Source: a virus
Lineage: Duplodnaviria; Caudoviricetes
DNA: 61,376 nt
Direction: 5' to 3' (one strand)
Virus record (IMG/VR): IMGVR_UViG_3300001847_000619
Location: 1-61,376 of that record
Part shown: positions 8,835 to 18,593 of the stretch, piece after piece
How the letters are laid out: every line of letters starts with the position of its first letter
Numbering within the stretch: position 1 is the stretch's first letter
Translations under genes and position numbers: made by a program
Notes under the pieces: generated by a model
What the model was told of the DNA's origin: nothing
What the model saw: only the letters and a program-made list of their open reading frames with translations
Database searches by the model: none

Positions 8835-9113
8835 ATGCAAAAAGGAATAAAAGAAACAGAAAAGAAATTAATCTATGACATTGATTTTAATTATATAAAG
8901 CTAATGGCTGAAAGAATGCAGCTAAATAGAGATAAATATCCTGTAGGGAATTGGCAAAAACCTATTGATGTAGAAAGTTTAAAACAAGCATTGTTTAGGC
9001 ATTGTATTGAAATAATGAAGGGAAATTATTCTGATGAACAAGAGTATGGTCATTTAGTAGCTATGGGTTGCAATGCATTTATGATTGTAGAGCAATTAAA
9101 AAAAACAAAATGA
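8835..9113 (+). CDS. dATP/dGTP diphosphohydrolase-like domain protein (DUF5664-type)
   Basis: KYP..NW......ALFRH...HL.A.GCNA pattern. Confidence 0.6.
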   Translation: MQKGIKETEKKLIYDIDFNYIKLMAERMQLNRDKYPVGNWQKPIDVESLKQALFRHCIEIMKGNYSDEQEYGHLVAMGCNAFMIVEQLKKTK

Positions 9114-9241
9114 TTGAAATTAATTGGGTTGATGGTTTAATTATATTACAAGGAATTATTAATTTGTGCAAAGAAACTTCTAATGACCAAGAATTAGGAG
9201 AAAAAATAAGACAATTAATAATTAATTATAATGAAAAATAA
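9110..9241 (+). CDS. 43-aa hypothetical protein (NDQELGEKIR motif)
   Basis: manual translation; ATGA overlap with upstream gene. Confidence 0.6.
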   Translation: MIEINWVDGLIILQGIINLCKETSNDQELGEKIRQLIINYNEK

Positions 9242-9560
9242 ATTTGGAGATAAGTTAGCAGATAAAATAACTGGATTTGTTGGGTCTTGGATTTTTATAA
9301 TAATTCAATCAATAATACTAACAATTTGGGTTATTTTAAACTTTAAGCATATTGTTTGTTTTGACCCGTATCCTTTTATTCTTTTAAATTTATTCCTTTC
9401 ATTTCAGGCAGCTTATGCTACCCCTATGATTTTAATGTCAGGAAATAGGCAAGCTGAAAAAGATAGAAAACAATTAAAAGATGATTTAGTTTTAGATACA
9501 GAAACAAATAAATTACTAAAAGAATTAATAAAACACATGAAAGAAAAAGAAAAAAAATAA
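9231..9560 (+). CDS. DUF1003-family membrane protein
   Basis: ADKITGFVGSW.FI...FDPYPFILLNLFLSFQAAYATPMILMS.NRQ. Confidence 0.92.
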   Translation: MKNKFGDKLADKITGFVGSWIFIIIQSIILTIWVILNFKHIVCFDPYPFILLNLFLSFQAAYATPMILMSGNRQAEKDRKQLKDDLVLDTETNKLLKELIKHMKEKEKK

Positions 9561-9562
9561 TT

Positions 9563-9808
9563 ATGTTAAGAGATTTAAGCCATGAAGAATATTTAATAAA
9601 ATACAACAAATTCCCTAAAACAAAATATTTATTACAGGTAAATGGGAAGCCTTTTTATGAATTTACTACAACAAGTAGAGGAGAAGATGAAAGTGTTTCT
9701 ATATTAAAACAAAAAATAAAAGAAATGAATTACATATCCGTAAAATACTATAAAATAATTTCTGAAAAAAACGGAGAAAAAAAACTTTTATATTCGGGTA
9801 AAATATAA
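9563..9808 (+). CDS. hypothetical protein
   Basis: 81-aa ORF. Confidence 0.65.
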   Translation: MLRDLSHEEYLIKYNKFPKTKYLLQVNGKPFYEFTTTSRGEDESVSILKQKIKEMNYISVKYYKIISEKNGEKKLLYSGKI

Positions 9809-9809
9809 T

Positions 9810-9817
9810 TATATTTG
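9810..9817 (+). promoter_or_regulatory. -7 promoter element TATATTTG upstream of GroES/glycosylation operon
   Basis: TAnnTTTG 22 nt upstream of ATG. Confidence 0.55.
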
Positions 9818-9839
9818 TGAAAATTCAAATCAATAAAAA

Positions 9840-10118
9840 ATGAAACTAAAGCCAGTAGGAAGTAAATTACTTGTTCTTCCCCTTGAAACAAAAAACTACG
9901 TAACTAATACTAACATTGAATTAGTTGAAACAGAATTAGCAAGAGCTAAAGTTGTAGAAGTGTCAGATGAGCTTTCAAATATTTATAAGATTGGAGATAT
10001 TGTAATGTATCCAGATAAAGCAGGGATTCTTCAAATTTACAATGGAGATAAATGCCTTTGGTTAAATGGAATGGGATTTCCAAATGGAGATGTTTGGGCT
10101 ATAACTGATGAAAATTAA
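9840..10118 (+). CDS. GroES-like co-chaperonin
   Basis: MKLKPVGSKLLV...AKVVEVS...KIGDIVMY. Confidence 0.8.
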   Translation: MKLKPVGSKLLVLPLETKNYVTNTNIELVETELARAKVVEVSDELSNIYKIGDIVMYPDKAGILQIYNGDKCLWLNGMGFPNGDVWAITDEN

Positions 10119-10121
10119 TTT

Positions 10122-10844
10122 ATGTCAAAAATACTTGTAAAGTATGCATCAAGGGGAAGACCAAAAAAATTTTTAGCTGGGCTTGAAAACATATATGCTA
10201 CTTGTTCTAATGTAGAGCAAATAAGAGTATTAGTAACAGCAGACATAGACGATAAGTCAATGTGTAATGAAGAAATGAGAGATAAGATACAATCATTTCC
10301 GAATTGCAAAGTAATATATGGCACATCTAAAAATAAAATAGATGCTATAAATAGGGATTTATATATTTTACCAAATGGATTTGAAGATTGGACTATATTA
10401 GCTAATTTTTCAGACGATATGAGATGGACGGTTCCATATTGGGATGAATATATAATATCTGACTTTAAGCAAAATTGTGATGACTATTCTGGATATATGG
10501 CATATTTAGACCCAGATACGCATGGAGTTTTAAGTACATTATTTATTGCAGGAAGAAAGTGGGTTGATACATTTGGATTTATTTACGACCCAAAGTTTGT
10601 TTCTTTATTTTGTGATAATCTTGTTGAAGATTGTGCTAAAAAATTAGGTAAGTATTTTTATAATTCTTTATCAATATATAGACATTTTAATCCAGCATAT
10701 AACTATCCTGATTTTCAAAGAGATGAAATGTTTAATGAACAACAAAGAATAGGGTGGGATGTTGACCAAAAGTTATACCATAAAATACATGAAGAGGGAC
10801 TTGATAAATATTTAGAACAATTTAATATTGAAAAATTAAAATAA
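10122..10844 (+). CDS. GT-A (GT2-like) glycosyltransferase
   Basis: ASRGRP, KIDAIN, FSDDM, FCDN, RH motifs. Confidence 0.8.
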   Translation: MSKILVKYASRGRPKKFLAGLENIYATCSNVEQIRVLVTADIDDKSMCNEEMRDKIQSFPNCKVIYGTSKNKIDAINRDLYILPNGFEDWTILANFSDDMRWTVPYWDEYIISDFKQNCDDYSGYMAYLDPDTHGVLSTLFIAGRKWVDTFGFIYDPKFVSLFCDNLVEDCAKKLGKYFYNSLSIYRHFNPAYNYPDFQRDEMFNEQQRIGWDVDQKLYHKIHEEGLDKYLEQFNIEKLK

Positions 10845-10847
10845 TTC

Positions 10848-11444
10848 ATGACTTCCCCACTATTAACAATAATGCTTCCTACAACAATAGATAGAAGAAA
10901 TATATTTTATCCATTGTTAGAAGAAATACAAAGACAAATAAAAGAAAACAAATACGAAAATACGGTTGAAGTAATAATAGATGAAGATAATAAAGAAAAG
11001 TCAATAGGGAAAAAAAGGCAAGATTTATTAGAAAAAGCAAGGGGAAAATATGTTGTTGGAATAGATTCGGACGATTGGATTGCAGAAGATTATTTGGACT
11101 GTATCGTAACTTCCCTTCAAGAAAATCCTGCAATAGAACATATAGGTTTTTTAGAAGATTGCAATATTAATGGAGAAAAGTCAATTTCAATATTTAGTAT
11201 AAGAAATAAACTTTGGGCTGAAAACCAAGACGGATACGACCACATAAGATGTGCTAATCCCAAATCTGTAATATTAAGAGAAAAAGCATTAAAAATAGGG
11301 TTTGAAGATAGTAGATATGGGGAAGACAGGGTGTTTAGCGAAGCTGTTACAGCTATTTTAACATCAGAAGTTTTTATTAATAAGCCATTATACAAATATA
11401 GATATATCAGTAGTTCACATAATGAAAGATATGGAATAATATAA
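10848..11444 (+). CDS. GT2-family glycosyltransferase
   Basis: LLTIMLPT, GKKRQ.LL..ARGKYV..IDSDD, YGED. Confidence 0.88.
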   Translation: MTSPLLTIMLPTTIDRRNIFYPLLEEIQRQIKENKYENTVEVIIDEDNKEKSIGKKRQDLLEKARGKYVVGIDSDDWIAEDYLDCIVTSLQENPAIEHIGFLEDCNINGEKSISIFSIRNKLWAENQDGYDHIRCANPKSVILREKALKIGFEDSRYGEDRVFSEAVTAILTSEVFINKPLYKYRYISSSHNERYGII

Positions 11445-11447
11445 ATT

Positions 11448-12131
11448 ATGGAAAACATAGGTAAAAAAGCAGTTATTATTAGTGCAGGAATAGGAGGATG
11501 GTATGCTCAAGGAGTATCAAGGCTTGAGAGGTCTTTGTTATTTGAAGGATGGGCGGGAGGTATATTGACATGGAAAGATGAATATCCTATAAATAGTCAT
11601 AAGCATGAGGACTTCCCTTACTACATGAAAATAGCTGCATTTGAAGAGGCTTTAAGAAGAGGATATACGCATATATTATGGCTTGATGCATCATTTTGGG
11701 CAGTAAAAAACCCAATGAAAATGTTTGACTTAATAAATGACCAGGGGTATTATTTTTTTAGTAGTGGATATAATTTAGCTCAATCTGTAAATGATAATGC
11801 ATTAGATTATGTAGGATTAAATAGGGATGATGCAGAAAAAATAATAGAATGGGCTTCTGGATGCGTTGGAATTAATTTTGAAAATGAAGATGGGAAAAAC
11901 TTGTACAATAAATGGAGAGAGTTTATGGATGCTGGTTTAAGTAAGGGAAGTAGACTACACGACAATCAAAGTGCAGACCCAAGATTTTTATTTCATAGGC
12001 AAGACCAAAGCTGCCTATCGCTTGCTTGTTGGAGTCTTGGATTAAGCAATAAAAAAGGACTTGATATGGTTTCTTATAAGGGAACGGGGTATAATGAAAA
12101 TGAATTAATATTTTTTATAGGAGGTATTTAA
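11448..12131 (+). CDS. GT-A nucleotide-sugar transferase
   Basis: MKIAAF, ILWLDASF, HRQDQS motifs. Confidence 0.75.
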   Translation: MENIGKKAVIISAGIGGWYAQGVSRLERSLLFEGWAGGILTWKDEYPINSHKHEDFPYYMKIAAFEEALRRGYTHILWLDASFWAVKNPMKMFDLINDQGYYFFSSGYNLAQSVNDNALDYVGLNRDDAEKIIEWASGCVGINFENEDGKNLYNKWREFMDAGLSKGSRLHDNQSADPRFLFHRQDQSCLSLACWSLGLSNKKGLDMVSYKGTGYNENELIFFIGGI

Positions 12132-12132
12132 T

Positions 12133-12906
12133 ATGAAAGCAGTACTATCGGCAACAGAACATGATTTTTATGCAATGCCATTGCCTTTTGTTGTTTATTC
12201 TTGGAATAAAATAGGAATAGATTGTATTGTTTTTGTACCAAATGGGAATAACCCAAAAATAGAATTATCTAAAAAGTATTGCAATTCTGCTAAATTTTAT
12301 GAATTTGATTGTGAAGAAAAAAGAATACCTACATATAGCCAAGTATCAAGACTATTTGGGTCTTGTGTATTAGAAGATAAAAACGAAACAATTATAACTG
12401 GGGATTCTGACTTAGCTGTTTTTGGTAATATGTTTAGTTCGCTAAATGATGGCAATATTCATGTAGTTGGAGCAGACCTTACAAATAATAATGAATATCC
12501 AATGTGTTTTATAGCTATGCCAGGACATAAATGGGATAGTGTTATGAATATAAATAAATCATATCAAGAACACCTTTCTGAATTAATAGACCCAATAGAA
12601 GGAGATAATATTAGAGGGAATAATTGGTTTCTTGACCAGTTTTTAATAAAAAAATATCTTGATGAAAATGGGGAAAATGTAATATTACATAATAGGTCTA
12701 ATGGTCAAAATCAATTTGCTATGCATAGAGCAGATAGAGATGGTTGGCATTATGACATAAATACAATAATAGATTCTCATTTTCCCAGACCATTAACAAA
12801 TGAAGATAATTTTAACAAGGTTTATAATTTATTTAAAGAAAAATATACTCAAGATGATTTGCAGTGGATGATAGATTATAAAAATGAATATCTAAAACTA
12901 ATATAA
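12133..12906 (+). CDS. putative GT-A glycosyltransferase
   Basis: QVSRL, ITGDSDL (DxD), W.LDQ, IDSH.PRP; cluster context. Confidence 0.6.
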   Translation: MKAVLSATEHDFYAMPLPFVVYSWNKIGIDCIVFVPNGNNPKIELSKKYCNSAKFYEFDCEEKRIPTYSQVSRLFGSCVLEDKNETIITGDSDLAVFGNMFSSLNDGNIHVVGADLTNNNEYPMCFIAMPGHKWDSVMNINKSYQEHLSELIDPIEGDNIRGNNWFLDQFLIKKYLDENGENVILHNRSNGQNQFAMHRADRDGWHYDINTIIDSHFPRPLTNEDNFNKVYNLFKEKYTQDDLQWMIDYKNEYLKLI

Positions 12907-13478
12907 TGAATACAAGCGAATTAGTAGAGTGGCAAATAAGAGATTATGATGGATTAGTGATGCCTTGGTGGACTCATCCTTTTCTTGAAGAATTAAAAAA
13001 ATGGGATACAAAAGATAAAAATTGGTTAGAATTTGGAGGGGGAAGAAGTACAGCTTGGTTAAGAAAAAATGCAAAATGGGTTGATACTATTGAAGCTAGT
13101 ATAGAATGGACTACACAATCAGAATTAGATTGCGAATCTAATGCATTGATTAATGGTAAAATATATTCTAAAGAGCTTCCAGATGGCATTCAAGAAAGAA
13201 AGCAAGAGTTTTTTGATTTAATACCAAATGATAAACAATATGATATTATTTCGGTAGATGGAATTTGGAGGTATGAATGCTTAGAATGGGCTTTAAATCA
13301 TTTTAAGGGAAGAAGTGGAATTATAATAGCAGATAATTGGCATCAAGATTATGTGTGGATTTCCCCTCCATCAGAAGAATTAATGAGCAAATATGACATT
13401 AATGTATATATTCAACCTAATCATACTAATCACGAGGGGAATCCTTGGAAAACAGTTTATTGGAAAATAAATGGATAA
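12906..13478 (+). CDS. class I SAM-dependent methyltransferase (probably sugar O-methyltransferase)
   Basis: WLEFGGGRSTAW, YDIISVDG..R, GIIIADN. Confidence 0.8.
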   Translation: MNTSELVEWQIRDYDGLVMPWWTHPFLEELKKWDTKDKNWLEFGGGRSTAWLRKNAKWVDTIEASIEWTTQSELDCESNALINGKIYSKELPDGIQERKQEFFDLIPNDKQYDIISVDGIWRYECLEWALNHFKGRSGIIIADNWHQDYVWISPPSEELMSKYDINVYIQPNHTNHEGNPWKTVYWKING

Positions 13479-14400
13479 AAATTCAAAAATATACATTGCT
13501 GGTCATAATGGGCTTATGGGCAGTGCTTTAGTTAGGCAATTAACAAAGCAAGGATATAATAATGTACATACAGCAAGTTCTTCTAATTTAGATTTAAGAA
13601 ATCAGAAATTAGTAAATGATTATATTAACTATTTGAAGCCAGAATATGTATTTATCTGTGCAGGGAAAGTGGGTGGAATAGGAGCAAATGTTGCAGAACC
13701 AGCAAGTTTTATTTATGACAATTTAATGATTCAGGCTAACATAATAGAAGCCTCTTATAAAAATAATGTAAAAAAATTATTAGCACTAGGAAGCTCTTGT
13801 ATATATCCAAGATTTTCCCAACAGCCAATAAAAGAAGAATATTTATTACAAGGGGAACTTGAGCCAACAAACGAGTATTATGCAGTAGCAAAAATAGCAG
13901 CACTAAAAATGTGTGATGCATATAGAAAGCAATATAAATGTGATTTCATTTCAGCTATGCCAACAAATTTATATGGTATTAATGATAATTATGATTTACA
14001 AAACTCTCATGTTCTCCCTGCATTATTAAGAAAAGTAATAACTGCTAAAAGTAAAAATGAAGAAATAGAAATATGGGGAACGGGAACAGTTAAAAGAGAG
14101 TTTTTATATTCAGAAGATTGTGCAGATGCGTGTATATTTTTAATGAATAATTATAGCGATTATGGTCATATGAATATTGGGACTGGGGAAGATATAGAAT
14201 TAAATGAGCTTTTAAGTATAATATGTAATGAGGTTGGGTATAAATGGAAGATAAATCATAATCTATCTAAGCCAGATGGAATGAAACAAAAAAAATTAGA
14301 TGTTTCAAAAATAAATAGTCTTGGATGGAGTGCTTCAACTTCCCTTAAAGATGGAATTAAAAAAACAATAGAAAGCCTAGATATTTCTAAATGGATATAA
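13471..14400 (+). CDS. fcl: GDP-L-fucose synthase
   Basis: IYIAGHNGLMGSA, KVGGI.AN, GSSCIYP, YAVAK, MPTNLYG..DNY, SHVLPAL, WGTG...REFL, KPDG. Confidence 0.96.
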   Translation: MDKNSKIYIAGHNGLMGSALVRQLTKQGYNNVHTASSSNLDLRNQKLVNDYINYLKPEYVFICAGKVGGIGANVAEPASFIYDNLMIQANIIEASYKNNVKKLLALGSSCIYPRFSQQPIKEEYLLQGELEPTNEYYAVAKIAALKMCDAYRKQYKCDFISAMPTNLYGINDNYDLQNSHVLPALLRKVITAKSKNEEIEIWGTGTVKREFLYSEDCADACIFLMNNYSDYGHMNIGTGEDIELNELLSIICNEVGYKWKINHNLSKPDGMKQKKLDVSKINSLGWSASTSLKDGIKKTIESLDISKWI

Positions 14401-14954
14401 TACCACAAATACTTTATGATGATAGGAGAAGCGAGCTTTTCCCCTTGATAATACAAGAAATGCAAACTCAAGGAATATCTAAGTATAATTTTGTATCTCC
14501 TATACTAACAAGTGATGTAGTTAACTCAATAAATATATCTCAAAAAGAAATAATAAAAAAAGCTAAGGAGCAAGGGGAAAAAGAGGTATGCATAATGGAA
14601 CATGATATTTGGTTTCCACGTGAAACAGGATGGAAATATTTTATAGAAAATAAACCTTCTGATTATGATATTTACTTGGGAGGAAGTTATCTTATTGATT
14701 GCACAATAAACTATATAGCACCTATAACTAAAATAAATTCATACGTAGGACATCATTGTATAATTGTACATGAGAAATATTACGATAGGTTTTTAGAAAC
14801 GCCAGAAAACCTGCATATAGATACAGCTCAAGCAAATAAAGGAGATTTTTATTTATGCTATCCTATGCCAGCATTACAAAGACCTGGATTTAGTATGAAT
14901 AATAAGTCATTAGTTGATTACAATAAAATACTAGAAGAAAAGCATATTTTATGA
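14391..14954 (+). CDS. GT25-like glycosyltransferase
   Basis: R.E start, VCIMEHDI, YDIYLG, G.HC, HID, ALQRPGFS. Confidence 0.7.
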   Translation: MDIIPQILYDDRRSELFPLIIQEMQTQGISKYNFVSPILTSDVVNSINISQKEIIKKAKEQGEKEVCIMEHDIWFPRETGWKYFIENKPSDYDIYLGGSYLIDCTINYIAPITKINSYVGHHCIIVHEKYYDRFLETPENLHIDTAQANKGDFYLCYPMPALQRPGFSMNNKSLVDYNKILEEKHIL

Positions 14955-15241
14955 GTAAGCCATATATTATATACACTGAAGGGGATGGTTTTTTTATATT
15001 GCAGAAGGACTTCCCTCACTTTATAGGAAAAATAACCCATAAAATAGAATCTAATGTAGCCCAATATCCAATATCTGGATATAATTTATATGTTTCATTT
15101 GCTGGTACATTAAAGGGAAGATATATGCCAGCAGATAAATTTATACTTGAAGAAGCTCAACATATATATGCAGATATGGCTAATTATCTATTAGACACAA
15201 AAATAAAAAATAGCGAAGAATACGAAAAATATAAAATATGA
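14951..15241 (+). CDS. hypothetical protein
   Basis: 96-aa ORF overlapping both neighbours. Confidence 0.75.
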   Translation: MSKPYIIYTEGDGFFILQKDFPHFIGKITHKIESNVAQYPISGYNLYVSFAGTLKGRYMPADKFILEEAQHIYADMANYLLDTKIKNSEEYEKYKI

Positions 15242-15873
15242 TACAATCTCCAGAAAACAATGTAATTGTAAAAGTAAAAACAAAATACATAGGTAATATT
15301 TCTAAAATCCTTCAGTTGTCATCTATTCAAAATGGGGCTTCTGTAGATAGCGTTGACCTTGTTAATATTATAGGCGAAGTGGTAAGTCTTCCTCGAACTA
15401 TAAGTAATAAAATAGGATATAAGGGATTTTCAACAAAAGATATAAATATTGGAGATACAGCCATATTTAGCTACAGTATAATACACGATTTTGTAATACC
15501 ATCAGAAGATGCCGACCCTATCTATAGAAACAGAATGTTTTATAAGGGAGAGGAATATTTTTTAGCAGACATAACAAAGATTTTTGGAGTTATAAGAGAT
15601 GGAGAAATAAAAATGATTAATGGATATGTTATGGCTTCCACATTTTCGGAAAGTGTATTAGTTCTTCCCTCCGCATTAAAAAAACTCAAAAAAGCAGCAG
15701 AAACAGAAGTAATGCACATTGGAAATCCAAAAACAACAGAAGCCTCAATTGATATAAATCAAGGGGATAAAATATACTTCAATTCAATGACAGCTCAAAA
15801 ATACCAAATCAATAATAAACATTTTTCCGTAATTTCACAAAATAAAATATTCGGTAAACTTATTTCAGATTAA
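15238..15873 (+). CDS. tandem GroES-like domain protein
   Basis: GEVVSLP...INIGDTAIFSY and EVMHIG...INQGDKIYF...YQINNK..SVI. Confidence 0.6.
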   Translation: MIQSPENNVIVKVKTKYIGNISKILQLSSIQNGASVDSVDLVNIIGEVVSLPRTISNKIGYKGFSTKDINIGDTAIFSYSIIHDFVIPSEDADPIYRNRMFYKGEEYFLADITKIFGVIRDGEIKMINGYVMASTFSESVLVLPSALKKLKKAAETEVMHIGNPKTTEASIDINQGDKIYFNSMTAQKYQINNKHFSVISQNKIFGKLISD

Positions 15874-15882
15874 AAAAAATAT

Positions 15883-15890
15883 TACTTTTG
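15883..15890 (+). promoter_or_regulatory. -7 element TACTTTTG upstream of tail operon
   Basis: TAnnTTTG in intergenic gap. Confidence 0.55.
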
Positions 15891-15906
15891 ATTAAAGTAT
15901 ATAAAA

Positions 15907-16587
15907 ATGACCCTACAAGAAGCATTTGATTTTTTAAATTTTTGGATAAATAAATATACTGGTTCTTGGTATACCATTCCAGAACTTGAACAAATATGCG
16001 ATAGAGGGCAGCTTAGTTTATATCAAGATTTAAGTGCTCAATATGCTACATCTCAAAGAATAAAAGATGCTTTAGCTCCATTTAGAGCAACTTATGATTT
16101 TGTACCATCAAATACAATATCTGGAGTAGTAGTTGTTCCCACTAGCTCCAATTTAATGAATTTATTAGATTTACAAATAAGATATACGGATTCTATTAGA
16201 ACTAATTATATTTCTGTTAAGATGTATAATGAGGATGAAATATCTATGAGGCTAATGTCACAAATAGACCCAATAAGTTCTACATTTCCAATAGGAGAAG
16301 TTCTTGCTCCAAGATACTATAGACTATATCCAGCTCAAGGGTATACGGGAACTGTTACTTATTTTAGAAGACCTAAAAAACCAGTATTTAATTATACAAT
16401 TATAAGTGGTAGGATTATAGTTTACAATCCAGTTGGTTCTATTGAATTAGAGTTTCCAGAAAATTGGCAAAATGCAGTTTTAGTTAAAGCCTTATCAAGT
16501 ATAGGAATAAATATTGGAGAGCAAGATATAATGCAATATGCTGAACTTAAAACACAGGCAAATTATACGGGTCAAAATATGTTATAA
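15907..16587 (+). CDS. tail tubular / head-tail adaptor protein
   Basis: YRLYP...VTYFRRPKKP...ELEFPE..Q..LV pattern; position before tail genes. Confidence 0.65.
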   Translation: MTLQEAFDFLNFWINKYTGSWYTIPELEQICDRGQLSLYQDLSAQYATSQRIKDALAPFRATYDFVPSNTISGVVVVPTSSNLMNLLDLQIRYTDSIRTNYISVKMYNEDEISMRLMSQIDPISSTFPIGEVLAPRYYRLYPAQGYTGTVTYFRRPKKPVFNYTIISGRIIVYNPVGSIELEFPENWQNAVLVKALSSIGINIGEQDIMQYAELKTQANYTGQNML

Positions 16588-16604
16588 TATATAAAAAATA
16601 AAAA

Positions 16605-16841
16605 ATGACAAACATCACAAAAGTATCTAATATTGTTTCTATTAAACAAGATACAAATCTTGCTAAATCTTATTTTGGTTCAGTTGGTAAATTTGATGCA
16701 AATACTGTATCAAATGTTTTTGTAATAAATATAGCAAGAGATTATTTTGAAATACCATTAGGTAGTTTGCAGGTTAATGGAGTAACTATAACGACAATGA
16801 GTCAGGGCATATCTATGCTATCTGCTGTTTTTAGTTCATAA
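16605..16841 (+). CDS. small structural protein
   Basis: 78-aa beta-rich ORF in tail operon. Confidence 0.6.
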   Translation: MTNITKVSNIVSIKQDTNLAKSYFGSVGKFDANTVSNVFVINIARDYFEIPLGSLQVNGVTITTMSQGISMLSAVFSS

Positions 16842-16856
16842 TATAAAATATAATTA

Positions 16857-17549
16857 ATGGCACAAACCATATATAGATTGGCAGAACAGGCATATTCTCT
16901 TATAGAGGGAGGCGACCCTGGTGTGGCTTCATCTATAAGCATGAATGAATTAAAAATATCTGTAGGTCAAGTTATCAATCAAAAGCTTAGAATTGACTAT
17001 TTTAATACGGGATTAAAATTAGGAGAAGCTATACCAAATAGTACTGTAATAGCAAAATATGATAATATAATTGTTACGCAAAATGGCATAGGAAAAAGTA
17101 AAGCTGTTCTGCCTATTAAACCATTAAGCTTACCACGAAACATGGGAGTTTGGTCTATTTATTTACCAAATAGTCCAGAAAAAGAGTTTATTCCATTACA
17201 AATGGGGCAGTCTAATTTATTGAGGTCACAATTAATGATTAATGACCTATTAGGTCAAATTGGATATGAAGTAAGAGGTCTGGATATTTATTTTACAAAA
17301 GATTTAACTACTTTAGATTATGTAGAAGTTTCAAATGTTAGGGTTACGTATATAAATGTAGAATTAGCAATTTTAGATGTTTCTAAATATGGAGATTACG
17401 ATATACTTCCCGTTCCTCCAGAAATGGAATGGGAAATAGTTCAAGAAGTTTATAAATTATATATTACACAACCTACAGCAGATAAAATTGTTTCTGCTAC
17501 AGCTAAAGAGGATAAGGGTACACCACTTAGACAACAAGAAGAATCATAA
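16857..17549 (+). CDS. tail ring/adaptor-like protein
   Basis: LPVPPEMEWEIVQEV terminus resembles adaptor paralogues; context. Confidence 0.55.
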   Translation: MAQTIYRLAEQAYSLIEGGDPGVASSISMNELKISVGQVINQKLRIDYFNTGLKLGEAIPNSTVIAKYDNIIVTQNGIGKSKAVLPIKPLSLPRNMGVWSIYLPNSPEKEFIPLQMGQSNLLRSQLMINDLLGQIGYEVRGLDIYFTKDLTTLDYVEVSNVRVTYINVELAILDVSKYGDYDILPVPPEMEWEIVQEVYKLYITQPTADKIVSATAKEDKGTPLRQQEES

Positions 17550-18301
17550 TGACATACGCAAATTTAGATATGATTGTAAGGAGAAGCCTTTTAGAAAAGG
17601 GCTATCCTATTCATTATTATGCAGAGTATTTGCTTCATGCATCTTCATGTATTAGGCAATTAACAACAGATACTCTTAAAGTAATAAATACGGTAAATCT
17701 TCCCGTAAACAGTTATTATGCAGTCGATTTGCCATCTGATTTTGTTGACGATATATCTGTATGTGTTTCATCTGGTAATTTTTTAAGACCAGTTCCTAAA
17801 AATGACAGCATAAATCCATTGAGAACAATGGATTCTTCAGGAAATTTCATTCCATACAAAGACAGAACAAAAAACCAACAAGAAACAGTATTTGGAATAA
17901 ATCCAAGCTGGTTATGGTATTGGAATGTTAATGATTATGGAGAACCTACTGGAAGATTTTATGGGGCAAGTGGAGGAGAAAGAGCAAATGGATATAAAGT
18001 AATTAAAGAAAGAAGGCAAATACAATTAACTGAAACATTTGCTGCCGATAGCATTGTTTTGTTGTATATATCTGACGGTCAAAGTATTGATAATGCTACT
18101 CAAATAGATATGCTAGCTTTTAGCTGTATTCAAGCTTATATAGATTGGAAAACATCTAGAAATGCATCCATAAAAAGTAGCCCAGAAGCAGCTACTTATT
18201 TAAGCGAAAAAAGATTATTAAGAGCTAAATTAAACGACCTAACATCTGTTGATATTAAAAATATTGTTAGGAAAAACTATATGGCTTCAGTTAAAAATTA
18301 A
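17549..18301 (+). CDS. tail ring/adaptor-like protein
   Basis: VDLPSDFVD, IVLLYISDG, IQAYI.W; context. Confidence 0.55.
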   Translation: MTYANLDMIVRRSLLEKGYPIHYYAEYLLHASSCIRQLTTDTLKVINTVNLPVNSYYAVDLPSDFVDDISVCVSSGNFLRPVPKNDSINPLRTMDSSGNFIPYKDRTKNQQETVFGINPSWLWYWNVNDYGEPTGRFYGASGGERANGYKVIKERRQIQLTETFAADSIVLLYISDGQSIDNATQIDMLAFSCIQAYIDWKTSRNASIKSSPEAATYLSEKRLLRAKLNDLTSVDIKNIVRKNYMASVKN

Positions 18302-18303
18302 TT

Positions 18304-18591
18304 ATGCCTGTATTAAAGGGAAATACTAGTGGTTCTATATATTTAGCTGGATATAATATTCCATCTACAATAAGGTCATATATAATATCAAACAAAGCAA
18401 ACACATCTGTATCTGTAACAGTTTATATAACAGACACATTAGGAGCTAGTGGAACTGCTGTATCTGCTGTTTCATATAGTTTAGCTGCTGGGCAAGCATA
18501 TATACGAGATATTCCCATAAAAGTAAAACCAAATAATTATATTTACATAATAGCTAGTGGTTCTGTAGATTATTATTTTTCAATAGATTAA
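18304..18591 (+). CDS. small beta-sandwich virion protein
   Basis: 95 aa, S/T/Y/I-rich, tail operon. Confidence 0.55.
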   Translation: MPVLKGNTSGSIYLAGYNIPSTIRSYIISNKANTSVSVTVYITDTLGASGTAVSAVSYSLAAGQAYIRDIPIKVKPNNYIYIIASGSVDYYFSID

Positions 18592-18593
18592 TT

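Noticed and set aside
8835-9113. Z-base or 7-deazaguanine genome modification pathway
   Set aside because: No purZ, folE/queCDE, dpdA or phage polymerase in the window; the hydrolase-like gene alone is insufficient.
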